DNA of 64,000 nt from Bugula neritina. Its lineage: Eukaryota > Animalia > Bryozoa. Below are positions 1-13,600 of this stretch, piece after piece. The translations under genes and the position numbers were made by a program. The number at the start of each line of letters is the position of its first letter. Position 1 is the first letter of the stretch. The notes beneath the pieces were generated by a model. The model ran no database searches, had not been told where the DNA came from, and saw only the letters and a list, made by a program, of their open reading frames with translations. Where the stretch lies: NCBI GenBank assembly GCA_964035545.1, contig OZ037765.1, positions 186,001 through 250,000 on the forward strand. The letters are read 5' to 3'.

Positions 1-1398
1 TAAGAACCCTTTCCTGTCGGAGTTGTCTGTCACAATAGTCTGATACTTTGTGGGAATTGACGACGTGGCTGCGATGACTCCATGGCCTGATGACAACAAA
101 TAAATAACAATAAGCAAATAACCAAAATAATCGTTTTGATAATCAAATGAAGTCTTGAGAAAATTACTGCAAAGTTTGAACTTAAAATTGAAACCAAGCA
201 GCCGCAATGTACAATAAACTGAATTATATTTACTCAAATATTACATACGAAAGCTCATATAATTTAAAATATTTGCCTAAACTTTCAGCCCTACTTGCTG
301 TCACTAAATCTTACTACTGACAACTATCAATGTTGGGCAGACAAACTAAATGGATCACAGCAGCAATATACTGTTATCCCTTTACATGAGACACCATAAC
401 ACACTCCACCAGTAAGTGTCAACCTCTCATCAGTAAGTGTCAACCTCTCAGCAGTAAGTGTCAACCTCTCATCAGTAAGTGTCAACCTCTCATTAGTGAG
501 TGTCAACCTCTCATCAGTAAGTGTCAACCTCTCATCAGTAAGTGTCAACCTCTCATTAGTAAGTGTCAACCTCTCATCAGTAAGTGTCAACTTCTTATCA
601 GTAAGTGTCAACCTCTCATCAGTAAGTATAAGTATAAATATTATATTTAATAATCATAATTATAATCTAAAGATTCAAAGTAGACTGAAAAGTAAATCAT
701 GATGATGATGAATGTCAATACCAATATTATAATATATAATAATCATAATAATATTAAATTTAATAATCATACTGACTAACACATGCAAAAATTATAATTA
801 TCACAATTATAGTAATAACCTAGTTTAATGACTAATCCCCTTACAACTTCACTTCTTGACAGTGACTAATTTTTATGTATAGTTATACTTATAGTTATTA
901 GTTCTACTCAAGTTATAACTCTTAAAATAGATCTATTAGTATTTATACTTATATTTATAGCGAGTTATAGTAATAATACTGATACTAATACTAATAGTAA
1001 TAGTAATACCTATACAATAGTAATACTAATACTAATACTAATAGTTATACTTATTACTTGTAATAATAGCAATATTGATATTAATACTCATACGTTTCAA
1101 ATTTGTAACACTAATAGCAAAACTAGTACTGATACTAATACTAATACTAATACTAATAGTAATACTAATACTAATAGTAATAGTAATACTTTATTACTTA
1201 TACTAATAGAATTAGTATTGCCATAATGATGCCAAGTTTAGACAAAAAGAATAATCCTGCTAGTTACAGCAAAAAATATATAAAACAATTAAAAAAAATC
1301 ATCACGTATAATGTTTCACCTTTGTGAATTCTTCCAGCATAATTTGCATGAATTCTTTTTAGAACGTCTTCATTTACTACTTTCACGCTGTCCACCAT
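1..1398 (-). CDS. Possible 5' part of an unknown gene, head-to-head with NAA50, continuing off the left edge
   Basis: ATG at 1398 in good context (ccaacATGG) gives MVDSVKVVNEDVLKRIHANYAGRIHKGETLY. An acceptor-like catcag at ~87 precedes a GC-richer block at 1-86. The donor is weak and I recognise no homology. Confidence 0.3.
410..628. repeat. 21-bp minisatellite (CAGTAAGTGTCAACCTCTCAT), ~10 copies
   Basis: Direct inspection; explains ORFs 327..611 and 496..702. Confidence 0.95.
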
Positions 1399-2120
1399 GT
1401 TGGCAATTTCTATGACGACCGCAAGCTGTGGTGTCATCAAATACATTATTAACTTATAAACATATTTTTTTATTATCAAAATGTTTAAAATAAAACAAAT
1501 TGTATTATACATTTTCTGCTGATCAAAAAAAAGTCGAATTTTGTGAAACACACTTTTATTCCTCTACCGCTCCGTTTCCTTCAGTTTGAAGTTGAATAAT
1601 TTTTGTGTCTAACTCGAAGTCGAAGCCAATAGCAACTCGCCTCTAAATTTAACTCCTTTCCGCTCAACTTTTGATTTCTAAACATTCACTTTTAATCAAT
1701 TGTCATTTATTAGGTTTAAAATTGTAGTAGCTTGTTTTGTATTTTTAGTTACCCTGATTAGTTGTGAGTTTAAGTTGAACTCGAACTTGGGCTATACTGA
1801 TACTCAGTCTCACACTGACACTGATAGTGATACGTCTGTACTAATACGTAGGCAATAGTGAGTTGCACTCACACTGTCACAATTTTAGCTTGAATGTGGT
1901 GAGAACTGTAAGACAATAAGACATAAGTATAGCCATTACTAATAGTAATAGTGACTAATACTATAACTATAAGTATTAGTATAACTATAAGAATTTGTAT
2001 AACTCCAAAACTCACTCAGTTGATGAAACTGTAAGTGTAAGTCTAAATTTCACGAATTAAACTTAACGTTAGTACAAGATCAAAATTATTAAACATCAAA
2101 TACTCAATAAATAAACAAAT

Positions 2121-3743
2121 ATGTCAACTGATGTTAGCAGCACAACCGAAACCAATTCAAATCACAGCTTAAAGCAGAAAGGCAAAAGGTAAGCACACAT
2201 TTATTAAGAGTATCAATCATTGTTATTATCAGTGATAAACATAAATACAAATTATTTAAAATATAAGTTAGGATATACTATAATAATAGGCAAAACGGTA
2301 CGAGTATAGACAATCACAATCACGGTGATACTTTTTGATTGGCATACAATTCTGAAAATTGCTGTATTATAACTACGAAAATGGTCAAACTGGGTTGGGG
2401 ATATTTGTGACAAAAAAGATATTTTAAAGTTTTTGAAACTCCGACATGAGTTTTCAATGTTTATATTTTAATTTTTCTTGACATTTTACTTTTGGCTCAA
2501 ACATTTATCTATTTATCTATTACTTACCACTCAGATTATGGGCGGTTTGAAACAAAGTATTGGAGATGCAAGAAATATTTTTGCAACTGAGAGCAGAGTA
2601 GGGTAGAGTAATATTTTAATATAGTAAAGTAATATTATATTATATTTGAAGATATACAATGGAACTCGGGGATGTAACTCCACACAATATCCAACAGTTG
2701 AAGAAACTAAACCAAGTAGTTTTCCCTGTCAGTTACAACAGCAAGTTCTATAAAGATGTGCTAGAGCTGGGGGAGTTGGCCAAGCTGGGTACGTCACATG
2801 ACATGTCACATGACACTATAGTATGTTGAATATCCTACTTGAATACTTATAACATATACACCTGCTAATTGGTGGTCTTGTTTTATGGCAGCATATTTCC
2901 AAGATATAGTTGTGGGCGGAGTCTGTTGTCGTGTGGACACAACTGAAGGTGTTCGCTCTCTCTACATCATGACCCTGGGGGTACTTGCCCCTTACAGGAG
3001 ATATGGACTAGGTAAGTGTGTTTGAAGTTCAGCAGGTAATGAAGAGTTGTCTGCTCTTTTGAAATAAATATTATTGCTTGTCCACACTGTTCCCTCCCCC
3101 TTTTATATAGACTACTGCAGTACAGAGTCATATAGAGTTTACTAATCTGCTGTGTTAACTGATGCAAGGAGTTAACAGTTGAGGTCAATGTAAAGTTCAG
3201 TTGCATTTGTTCTACTGGTTATCATTAGCTAATCTATTAGCTAAACGCTGTGCATCAACTCTTCCCAGGTTCCATGATGCTGAGGCATATTTTGGACAGA
3301 TGCGAGAAAGATGGCAACTTAGAGAGTGTCTACCTGTAAGTTTACAAAATGTTAATAGTAGAAGTACTAGTACTAGTAGTAGTAGAAGTACTAGTAGTAG
3401 TAGTAGTAGAAGTACTAGTGGTAGTAGTAGTAATAGTGCTAGTAGTACTATGAGTAGTAGTAGTAGTAGTAGTAGTACTAGTAGTAGTAATAGTACTAGC
3501 ACTACTAGTAGTGCTAGTACTACTAGTAGTGCTAGTACTACTAGTAGTGCTAGTACCCAGTAAACAAATATCCCCTCTCTCTCTCTCATATCTAGACACG
3601 TACAAATCAGCAATGAAGATGCCATCAAGTTCTATGAAAAGTTTGGATTCAGTGTGGTGGAGAAGAAAGAGAATTACTACAAGAGAATAGAACCTGCAGA
3701 CGCTTTCGTTTTAAAGAAAATACTAAAGAAGTCGGAGGAATAA
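2121..3743 (+). CDS. NAA50: N-alpha-acetyltransferase 50 (NatE catalytic subunit), 5 exons: 2121-2188, 2652-2788, 2892-3011, 3269-3335, 3596-3743
   Basis: Spliced translation ...MELGDVTPHNIQQLKKLNQVVFPVSYNSKFYKDVLELGELAKLAYFQDIVVGGVCCRVD...LYIMTLGVLAPYRRYGLGSMML...VYLHVQISNEDAIKFYEKFGFSVVEKKENYYKRIEPADAFVLKK closely matches NAA50/San. All introns are GT-AG with consistent phases. Exon 1 is the least certain. Confidence 0.95.
3355..3556. repeat. (AGT)n/ACT-rich microsatellite in the last NAA50 intron
   Basis: Direct inspection; explains the poly-Ser/Leu/Thr ORFs at 3201-3628. Confidence 0.9.
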
Positions 3744-3871
3744 GTCACATGGTTTTTATTTCCTGTCACATGACCCCTTTTCATTTATCACTATCCAGTA
3801 TATTTTCATTGATGCTGATACTTATTGAAGTTGAAATAAACAACATTTACTGAAGACAAAACATTTATTGC

Positions 3872-4105
3872 AAATCCTTAGTGTAAGTGTATAAATCGTT
3901 AGTGTAAGTGTATAAATCCTTAGTGTAAGTGTATAAATCCTTAGTGTAAGTGTATAAATCCTTAGTGTAAGTGTACAAATCCTTAGTGTAAGTGTATAAA
4001 TCCTTAGTGTAAGTGTATAAATCCTTAGTGTAAGTGTACAAATCCTTAGTGTAAGTGTATAAATCCTAAGTGTAAGTGTATAAATCCTTAGTGTAAGTGT
4101 ATAAA
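3872..4105. repeat. 21-bp minisatellite (AAATCCTTAGTGTAAGTGTAT), ~11 copies, between convergent 3' ends
   Basis: Direct inspection. Confidence 0.95.
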
Positions 4106-4807
4106 AGTGTATTTCAAAATATTAGAACATCAACATGGTTTGCCAAAACATGTAAAATATAATTAGCAATAATACCAGTAATTATTTAGTGTAGAGTAGG
4201 AATGTAAGTGTAAGTTGGAATATAAACTAGTAGATAAATGTAAATGAAAATACAAGACATAAGAAGTAAAATTGGCAGCACAGTTTGGGTTGAATAAGAA
4301 GATTAAGTTAAAATCTAAACTAAAGGAATGATTTCGTATTCAACTCCTATCATGTTAGCTGGGAGTCGTGTGATGGTTTGAATCAAGGAGTGACAACTCC
4401 AAAGTTATTAGTTATGTTGGCTAAAAGGCAAGCAGTGGGATCAGCAGTGAAGGGTAATGTTCCGGAATACGACACGATTTCCAAGAATTATAAAAACAAC
4501 AGGTGAGAACAACTCCAACATGTGAGCAGAATATTGTGATGAAATGATGGGTAGACCAAAGCAATACGACTATAAAACCCTGCATATTATGTAATGGTAA
4601 TCATAGCTGCTAAAAACACTATCTGGGGTTTTCCTCCCCTGGCGATAGAAGTGTTTCATCAATTGACAAGAGATAGTATATACAAATATGAAAGTTGAAA
4701 AGTTTGAGTTAAACAACTGCACAGTGCAAATAGCCCATAGTTCATGTTGCCCATGTGAAGCTGGACCAGTCTGACTACCAGCCCGGCCATCAGCCCGACT
4801 ACTGGGA

Positions 4808-7800
4808 CTACCAGGACTTGGGGTGCAGAGTGATGACAGAGGTGACTATAATAGCTAGTAGCAGTAGAATGAGTCCCCCTGTACGGTCTATCACCATGGC
4901 CAGTTGCAGCCACTCTGACTTAATCTGCTCCTTGTACCTGGCGTACTGCAGCTCGTTGATGAGTGTTTTCAGCACCTCCTTCATGCCATCAAAGTTCTTC
5001 CCCGTCTCCTGTAAACACACAACACACTGTATCCACCCCTGTAAGCACACAACACACTGTATCCACTCCTGTAAACACACAACACACTGTATCCACCCCT
5101 GTAAGCACACAACACACTGTATCCACTCCTGTAAACACACAACACACTGTATCCACCCCTGTAAACACACAACTAGATACTAGCACTGCCTGTCACCAGA
5201 GTAGCTAGCCTCAGTGTCAAACTACTGCCACACACTCACATTAGGGGTGGTGTGGTTCTGAGCAGCAGCGTCCCCTCCCTCCTGAGAATCTACGTCCGTC
5301 ATCTCTGTCAGCTCCGTCTCATCATCCTCTCTGCTCGACTGTCTCTGCGCCGTAGACCGAAGAGATCGCTCAAGATGGAGGAGCTCATAGTCATAGCGAC
5401 TTGTGCGTCCCTTAGCACAGCAGATGTACCCCAGTCTGTCTATGCAGCACTGTGTAATATAACATAGTATAACACTATATAATATATCATAGTATAATAC
5501 TATATAATATAACATAGTATAATACTATATAATATAACATAGTATAATACTATATAATATAACATAGTATAATACTATATAATATATCATAGTATAATAC
5601 TATATAATATATCATAGTATAATACTATATAATATAACATAGTATAATACTATATAATATAACATAGTATAATACTATATAATATATCATAGTATAATAT
5701 TATATAATATATCATAGTATAATACTATATAATATAACATAGTATAATACTATATAATATAACATAGTATAATACTATATAATATAACACAGTATAATAC
5801 TATATAATATAACATAGTATAATACTATATAATATATCATAGTATAATATTATATAATATATCATAGTATAATACTATATAATATAACATAGTATAATAC
5901 TATATAATATAACATAGTATAATATTATATAATATATTATAGTATAATACTATATAATATATCATAGTATAATACTATATAATATATCATAGTATAATAC
6001 TATATAATATATCATAGTATTATACTATATAATATATCATAGTATAATACTATATAATATATCATAGTATTATACTATATAATATATCATAGTATAATAC
6101 TATATAATATAACATAGTATAATACTATATAATATAACATAGTATAATACTATATAATATAACATAGTATAATACTATATAATATATCATAGTATAATAC
6201 TATATAATATATCATAGTATAATACTATATAATATAACATAGTATAACACTATATAATATATCATAGTATAATATTATATAATATAACACAGTATAACAC
6301 GGAATAATGACTCACTATACGAAGAATACGAGGAACTCTGACAGACTTTGATTCTCCGGTTCCTATGACAACCGAGAGACAGGACAGCAGCAAACTCATG
6401 AACAGAATGATGAGTAGACCAGTGTAGTAGTGTACTGTAACAATACTATACCTAGTAGTAGTGTGCCGTAACAATACTATACCTAGTAGTAGTGTGCCGT
6501 AACAATACTATACCTAGTAGTAGTGTGCCGTAACAATACTATACCTAGTAGTAGTGTGCCGTAACAATACTATACCTAGTAGTAGTGTGCCGTAACAATA
6601 CTATACCTAGTAGTAGTGTGCCGTAACAATACTATACCTAGTAGTAGTGTGCCGTAACAATACTATACCTAGTAGTAGTGTGCCGTAACAATACTATACC
6701 TAGTAGTAGTGTGCCGTAACAATACTATACCTAGTAGTAGTGTGCCGTAACAATACTATACCTAGTAGTAGTGTGCCGTAACAATACTATACCTAGTAGT
6801 AGTGTGCCGTAACAATACTATACCTAGTAGTAGTGTGCCGTAACAATACTATACCTAGTAGTAGTGTGCCGTAACAATACTATACCTAGTAGTAGTGTGC
6901 CGTAACAATACTATACCTAGTAGTAGTGTGCCGTAACAATACTATACCTAGTAGTAGTGTGCCGTAACAATACTATACCTAGTAGTAGTGTGCCGTAACA
7001 ATACTATATCTAGTAGTAGTGTGCCGTAACAATACTATACCTAGTAGTAGTGTGCCGTAACAATACTATACCTAGTAGTAGTGTACTGTAACAATATCAA
7101 ACCTACACACAAGTGGCACGTTGCCCAGAGAAAATGCCGGGAAGAAGTCCTCAGCCATCTCGAACATGATGGCTACGACGACGAGCATTAGTCCTCCTGC
7201 AAACAAGAGCAAACCTCCGCATTACTCAGACTCATCAGCAGATGACAAGGTAACAGATACAGAGGATACGATTGGTTACCGAGAGTGAGCTTCTCATTGG
7301 AGGACGGAGGCAGGAAGTGAATGACAGGGATGACAAACATGCAGACGGCAGCCGGAGCTACGAAGAGCCGGTAGTAGTATGAGCCCTTCCTCGCCACACG
7401 AACACTGATGGTGAGTTCAGTGAAGGTCTCGGTGTCGCTGAGAATGAGGTCATTGGCCTTGACTGTGAAGTTCTGCAGTTTCCAGCTCGGGTGTCGGCCG
7501 TAGAAGGCCAGACTCTGCGTGGTCTCTTGTACCTCCAGTTCTATCTGTATACAGTGTACCAGTAGAGAGTAGAGAGTCATACAGTACTAGTAGAGAGTAG
7601 AGAGTCATACAGTATCAGTGGAGAGTAGAGAGTCATACAGTACTAGTAGAGAGACATACAGTACTAGTAGAGAGTAGAAAGTCATAGAGTACTAGTAGAG
7701 AGTAGAGAGACATACAATACTAGTAGAGAGTCATAGAGTACTAGTAGAGAGTAGAAAGTCATAGAGTACTAGTAGAGAGTAGAGAGTCATACAGTACTAG

Positions 7801-9987
7801 TAGAGAGTAGAGAGTCATACAGTACCAGTGGAGAGTAGAGATACATACAGTACTAGTAGAGAGTAGAGAGTCATACAGTACCAGTAGAGTCATACAGTAC
7901 CAGTAGAGAGTAAGAGACATACAGTACTAGTAGAGAGACATACAGTACTAGTAGAGAGTAGAGAGTCATACAGTACTAGTAGAGAGTAGAGAGTCATACA
8001 GTACTAGTAGAGAGTAGAGAGTCATACAGTACTAGTAGAGAGTCATACAGTACCAGTAGAGAGTAGAGAGACGTACCCGTCTGTTGGGCTCAGACCAGGA
8101 CCCGAACTGTATCAAGCAGGTGTTGACGTCAAAAGGGAAGCTGATGAGATTGAGCTCACAGGGGGTGCGGGACACGAGGCCGAACGTGTGGTAGAGAGTT
8201 CCGTTGCTGAAGACAGTCACCTTGGGTGAGTGCAGAGTCTTAGCAGAGTCAGCCCCTACGCTGTTGAACACCTGAACATCCGGCAGCCAGAGTTTCTCTG
8301 GCAGCACTGAGATGGACATCAGGTCTTCGTAGGCTTGCGGATCCCACTTTAATCTTTCATCTGTCCATGACTGTAACAGCATAGTGTAGTGTGACTGTGT
8401 GACAGTGTAGTGCAACAGTGTAGTGTAACAGTCTAGTGTGACTGTGTGACAGTGTAGTGTGACAGCGTAGTGTGACTGTGTGACAGTGTAGTGTGACAAT
8501 GTAGTGTGCCAATATAGTGTGACAGTATAGTGTAACAGTGTAGTGTAACACTGTAGTGTGACAGTGTAGTGTGACAGTGTAGTGTGACAGTGTAGTGTGA
8601 CAGTGTAGTGTGACAGTGTAGTGTGACAGTGTAGTGTAACACTGTAGTGTGACAGTGTAGTGTAACACTGTAGTGTGACACTGTAGTGTGACAGTGTAGT
8701 GTGACAGGATATATAAATACCAGACTGGGGTAGAGGGCAGCTGTCATCATTCCCTGCTTTTCATCCTGAAATACATAAATATAATTATATCTAGTAGAAC
8801 TGTAGTATATACTGAGTAGTAATAAATATACATCTAGTAGAACTGTAGAATACACTGAGTAGTGATGAATAGACATCTAGTAGAACTGTAGTATATATAC
8901 TGAGTAGTAATGAATAGATATCTAGTAGAACTGTAGTATATATACTGAGTAGTAATGAATAGACATCTAGTAGAACTGTAGTATACACTGAGTAGTAATG
9001 AATAGACATCTAGTAGAACTGTAGTATATACTGAGTAGTAATGAATAGATATCTAGTAGAACTGTAGTATATACTGAGTAGTAATGAATAGACATCTAGT
9101 AGAACTGTAGTATATACTGAGTAGTAATGAATAGATATCTAGTAGAACTGTAGTATATACTGAGTAGTAATGAATAGATATCTAGTAGAACTGTAGTATA
9201 TACTGAGTAGTAATGAATAGATATCTAGTAGAACTGTAGTATATACTGAGTAGTAATGAATAGACATCTAGTAGAACTGTAGTATATACTGAGTAGTAAT
9301 GAATAGACATCTAGTAGAACTGTAGTATATACTGAGTAGTAATGAATAGATATCTAGTAGAACTGTAGTATATACTGAGTAGTAATGAATAGATATCTAG
9401 TAGAACTGTAGTATATACTGAGTAGTAATGAATATACATCTAGTAGAACTGTAGTATATACTGAGTAGTAATGAATAGATATCTAGTAGAACTGTAGTAT
9501 ATACTGAGTAGTAATGACTTACAATATCAAGCAGGTAGTTCATTCCTAGAAACAGTTGCACTTTCAGTGGTTTCGTACTATCAACTATGGGAATGACTCC
9601 AGTATCATAGTTTGAGTCATTAAAGAGTGCTTTATGCAGATTTGATTCAACTTTATATGATTGTCCATGACTAGGAGGGGCACAAAAGAAGACAATTCCT
9701 ACAATAATAATAATAAACAGATCAGGAATTGAAGTACATTAGCCAATAGTACAGCTTTCAGGCTGCAAGTCAAACCAAGTCGTGGGCCAAATCTTAACTC
9801 AAATCAAGTCCAAGTCAGGCCAACCAGTTTCTTCAGTTTATGCCTTCAATTTGAATAGATTCCCACCTTGTAGTTTAATCAAACATACACACACCCATGC
9901 ATATGAGATGAAGACTCAAAACTGAGCATGATTACCTGCTACAGCCACAGTTAGCGTGACCATGTCTGCGAATCTGGACCTCCCCAT
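4808..9987 (-). CDS. Cys-loop ligand-gated ion channel, nAChR-like non-alpha subunit; exons 9936-9987, 9523-9698, 8721-8765, 8077-8370, 7280-7544, 7107-7196, 6316-6434, 5240-5449, 4808-5008
   Basis: Motifs: signal-like N-terminus; WTDERLKWDP; LWLPDVQVFNS; Cys-loop CELNLISFPFDVNTC; FGSWS; M1 YYYRLFVAP; PPSSNEKLTLG; M4 EWLQLAMVIDR. No vicinal CC in loop C. Confidence 0.92.
5009..5172 (-). repeat. 30-bp intronic minisatellite, each unit ending in an acceptor-like TTACAG
   Basis: Six AGs 30 nt apart at 5009, 5039, 5069, 5099, 5129 and 5159. Confidence 0.95.
5450..6300. repeat. 25-bp intronic minisatellite (TATATAATATAACATAGTATAATAC), ~34 copies
   Basis: Fills nearly the whole intron 5450-6315. 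Confidence 0.95.
6424..7097 (-). repeat. 31-bp minisatellite spanning the acceptor junction, ~21 copies
   Basis: Gene-strand unit GTATAGTATTGTTACGGCACACTACTACTAG versus the real junction GTATAGTATTGTTACAG|TACACTACTAC. Confidence 0.95.
7556..8070. repeat. ~28-bp intronic minisatellite (AGTAGAGAGTAGAGAGTCATACAGTACT)
   Basis: Fills intron 7545-8076. Confidence 0.9.
8382..8706. repeat. 13-bp intronic minisatellite (GTGTAGTGTGACA)
   Basis: Fills intron 8371-8720. Confidence 0.9.
8788..9517. repeat. 43-bp intronic minisatellite, ~17 copies
   Basis: Starts immediately after the donor GTAAGT at 9522. Confidence 0.95.
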
Positions 9988-10640
9988 CACTACGACACTC
10001 ACACCGAGTATATTCAAAGGCACGTTAACAGCTATATTTATCTCGTAGCATCAACTTGGGACTGTAAGAACAGCATTAATTAATAATTAAAAATTGAGCA
10101 ACAAAATCAAATTCAATGACGTTCAACCATCAGTACTATTGCTCAAATCCAAAATATTTCCCAATACTATTAATAATTAATTAAGTTAAAATTTTAATTT
10201 CTCCATTATTTTTATAGCATTAGCTATGCCTATACTGCTATAGTATTACAATTACTATTAGTACCAGTATGAGTATCACTACTATTATAATTATTACTTA
10301 TTACTTATTAGTGTTACATTTATTTTTACTCTACTAGTAACACTATTAGTAATAAGATTAGTATTACTATTATCATCAGACTAATACTATTACTCTTACT
10401 CTAAGTCTATTGGTATTAATATTTAATTTAATGTACTTATGGTTATACTTATAGTTATGGTTATTACTTATTAGTAATTAGTTTTTATCATAATGAGACT
10501 CAGTACGACTACGAGTATAACATTACCAATAACTATGTGAATGCCTAGGTATAAGTACAACTTATAAGTTAAACAAATTGAAGGTAAATTTAAAATTGAT
10601 CACAATAGGTGAAAAACAATAATTTAAATTATAATAATAG

Positions 10641-13600
10641 CGGTTTTTGTAAACTGCGTAAACGTAAAGGCGGAAAAAAGTGGCGGAAACGTAAACAGGA
10701 GAAAACAACTCAAAAAAACTTCTAACGACTACTTTTAAACATAAAATCTGGTTGCGTGAGCGTGGCCATAAAATCACGAAACATCCAAGCCGTCGGCGCA
10801 CAAAGAGTTTAGTTACACAACTAGTTTTTATTATGATGTTGACAATTACATTTTTACCTGCTAATAATTAACTTTTAAACTACAAAACCGAGCCCAATAA
10901 TTGTGATTCTCGTAGTTGCATAGATACCAAAACCTTCGATGTTTTACTATTAACTAAATTTTAGTTGTTCAACTAACATTCGTACGACTTAAGTTATCTA
11001 GCCAGCATAATATTATTTTTTTTATCGAAATTCCCATTAAAATATCTCATTAAAAACTACAGTGAAAATAAGTTAATATTTATCGTTGCATGTAATTGTT
11101 ATAATAAAAAAATGCTTATTATTGTTATCATGCTCATGAGTATTTTCAAACTTTAACTATAAAACGTAGAACTATCGTTAGTATTTATAGTACAATGCTA
11201 TTTCAAATAGTGTGACTCAATTAGTATAATTTCATCAAATAAATAATTTGATAAATAAACCAAGTTAATACTTATGGGTTAAAATGCAGAACTTTTTAGC
11301 TTTGTGCTTAAAGTGTCTTACTTCCACTACCTCAAACTTGGGCCTTGTGCTCAAAACTTTGATCGATAACTCACTAGAAGTAAATGAATAGCCATGGCAG
11401 CAAAGTTGTTTTAAATTTTTGTTCTTTAAAATAATATTGTAAAGATGTGAGTGAAAATGTACATACTAGTAACTTGTATGTATTACTGTACAGCATGATG
11501 TAATCAAAGAACACAATAACTTGAAGAACTATTTGATATTTATACAATAAAACATAAAATATGATGCAATAATATAAGTAAAAGTAAGAAGAAAAAAAAA
11601 AATCAATTTTTTAGTTTTGTATAAAGATGTGTTCAAGGCACAGCAAATAAAAATTACAAAAACATATTTGCTGACGAAATGTCACCAAAATGCTGAACAA
11701 CTGAAACTTCGTCATGGCTTATAACGCCTTGCATATAATTGCAAATATGCAACAGCTTATCAAAGCTTTAATGCCCTAAACACCTAATATGAATGTATAC
11801 ATTTTGCAAAGTCTTGCTAACAGTTAAAATACCGCTAAATAAATCAATATGTTCTCAGTAGGTCTTCTTTGATGCTACAATACGATCTAGAGGAAATATG
11901 TAAATAATAATGGAACAATCAGCTGTCATTCTTTACTTTGAAAGTGACAATCGCAATCACAGTGGTGTGACAGCTACATTGAAACCAAACCAATTTGTAA
12001 AAAGCAACTTGATTACATTGGAGTCTTGTGACGGAGCTGGTGGTTTACTGTTCTGTCAACTCAGCAGTCAACTTCAAAGGACTTGCACATGCTAGCAAGC
12101 AAGTCCTATGAATTTGTAACAGTGAGTAGCGCAGGGAAATATTCCAAGGATTCTCTTCTTGAACACAAACAAAGCTGCCAAAACAAACAATCAACAAATT
12201 ACAATTTTCTTCACAAGTGCAAAGCTAATGACAAAACACACAGCAAAAAATAAACAATATAGCTGATTATACAGCTGTACCTTTATCACAGTTATTAGAA
12301 CCAGAATGTCCGTAATACCTATTGCATTTATTCTTGGAGCTAATTAAATCTTTGTTCCTGCAACAGCAATAAACTGCTCTTGTATTGTGCCTCTTTGTAT
12401 ACAAGTATTTGTTAAATACTTCTCACCCTACTCTTATCTGTTATATAAAGCAAATCCAGTACTTCCAAGTTTTTAGTTAACTTGACTCCTGGTTCATCAA
12501 ATCTTTTCAAAGTGATAGCTAAGACTTTTGGAAGCTTTGTAAACTGAGACAGTTGTACAGTTATATCTAGACTACTAGAGTTGGAAAATAGTAACATGAG
12601 TATTTATTCAGTAGTCAAAAATTCTCAAGAATATGGTCCAAAATATTATGTAAACATAAAATGCACAAAGTACCCTTCGAAAACATATCCATCTAGTTTC
12701 TTGGAACTGAATTGATGCCCTGCAGTGTGACCTCACTCTGTAACAAATAAAATAGCCAATACAAAAACGTGATGCTATAGTGCCAATAAAATAAATGTTC
12801 TATTTGTTGCCAAATCACCTCTAATAGAGGAACTGGTAATAAATTCATTGACTGAGCAAATGCTGTTTCAGCATTGCAGAAATGACATTTAGTCAACTAT
12901 TCAACTTCTGACCAGAACAATTTTGTCCCATTGAAGAAAAGAGCATAAGTGTTTAGTGTACCTACTAACTGTCACTTTAGGAATTATAAACTATACATAA
13001 GCAACAAATGTGTTCAAGCAATGTTAATGTTACCCAACCTATTGCATCGCATGTTATAAACTTCCATTAATACCTCGGCAACATCATGCTGCTCATTATT
13101 CATGAAATCAGGTAAAACCTCTAAAAACAAAATATGTATGTAAAAGAAGCCTTAATTGGTGGCTATTCTTGATTAAAATGTCAATTATACATTTGGTTTT
13201 TGATAAGGGATTTGAAATTTATCGTTAGCCATGAAATTCAGCCCTTGATCTGTGGAATTGCTACTGGCACAGTAACAAATGAAACATATATAACCAAAAA
13301 AAACACTAAAGTGAGACCAAAAGACCAAAACAGTGATCTACTTCTCGATTACAGTATGAAAAAACATGACCATTTATTTCCTATATAAATAGAACAAGTT
13401 ACTTTAAATCTAGGTTTAAAGTCATATTAATCCCCTAAGAAAAAGATAAATTAAAATTTATGTACTCAGAATTTACTTGTAGCGGTGGTGTGCGGCTTAT
13501 AGTTTGAATACATGCATTTAAAAAGCATGTATTTCCAAAATTAGTTATATCTCTATAATCTGTAAAAATTATCAAAACAACAGGACCATTACAATGAATG

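Noticed and set aside
690-1250. TACTAA/TAGTAA-rich tracts (also ~10200-10560 and ~14000-14750) as telomeric or branch-point arrays
   Set aside because: Degenerate low-complexity sequence with no stable unit and no TTAGGG
3201-3628. Poly-Ser, poly-Leu and poly-Thr ORFs
   Set aside because: (AGT)n microsatellite in a NAA50 intron
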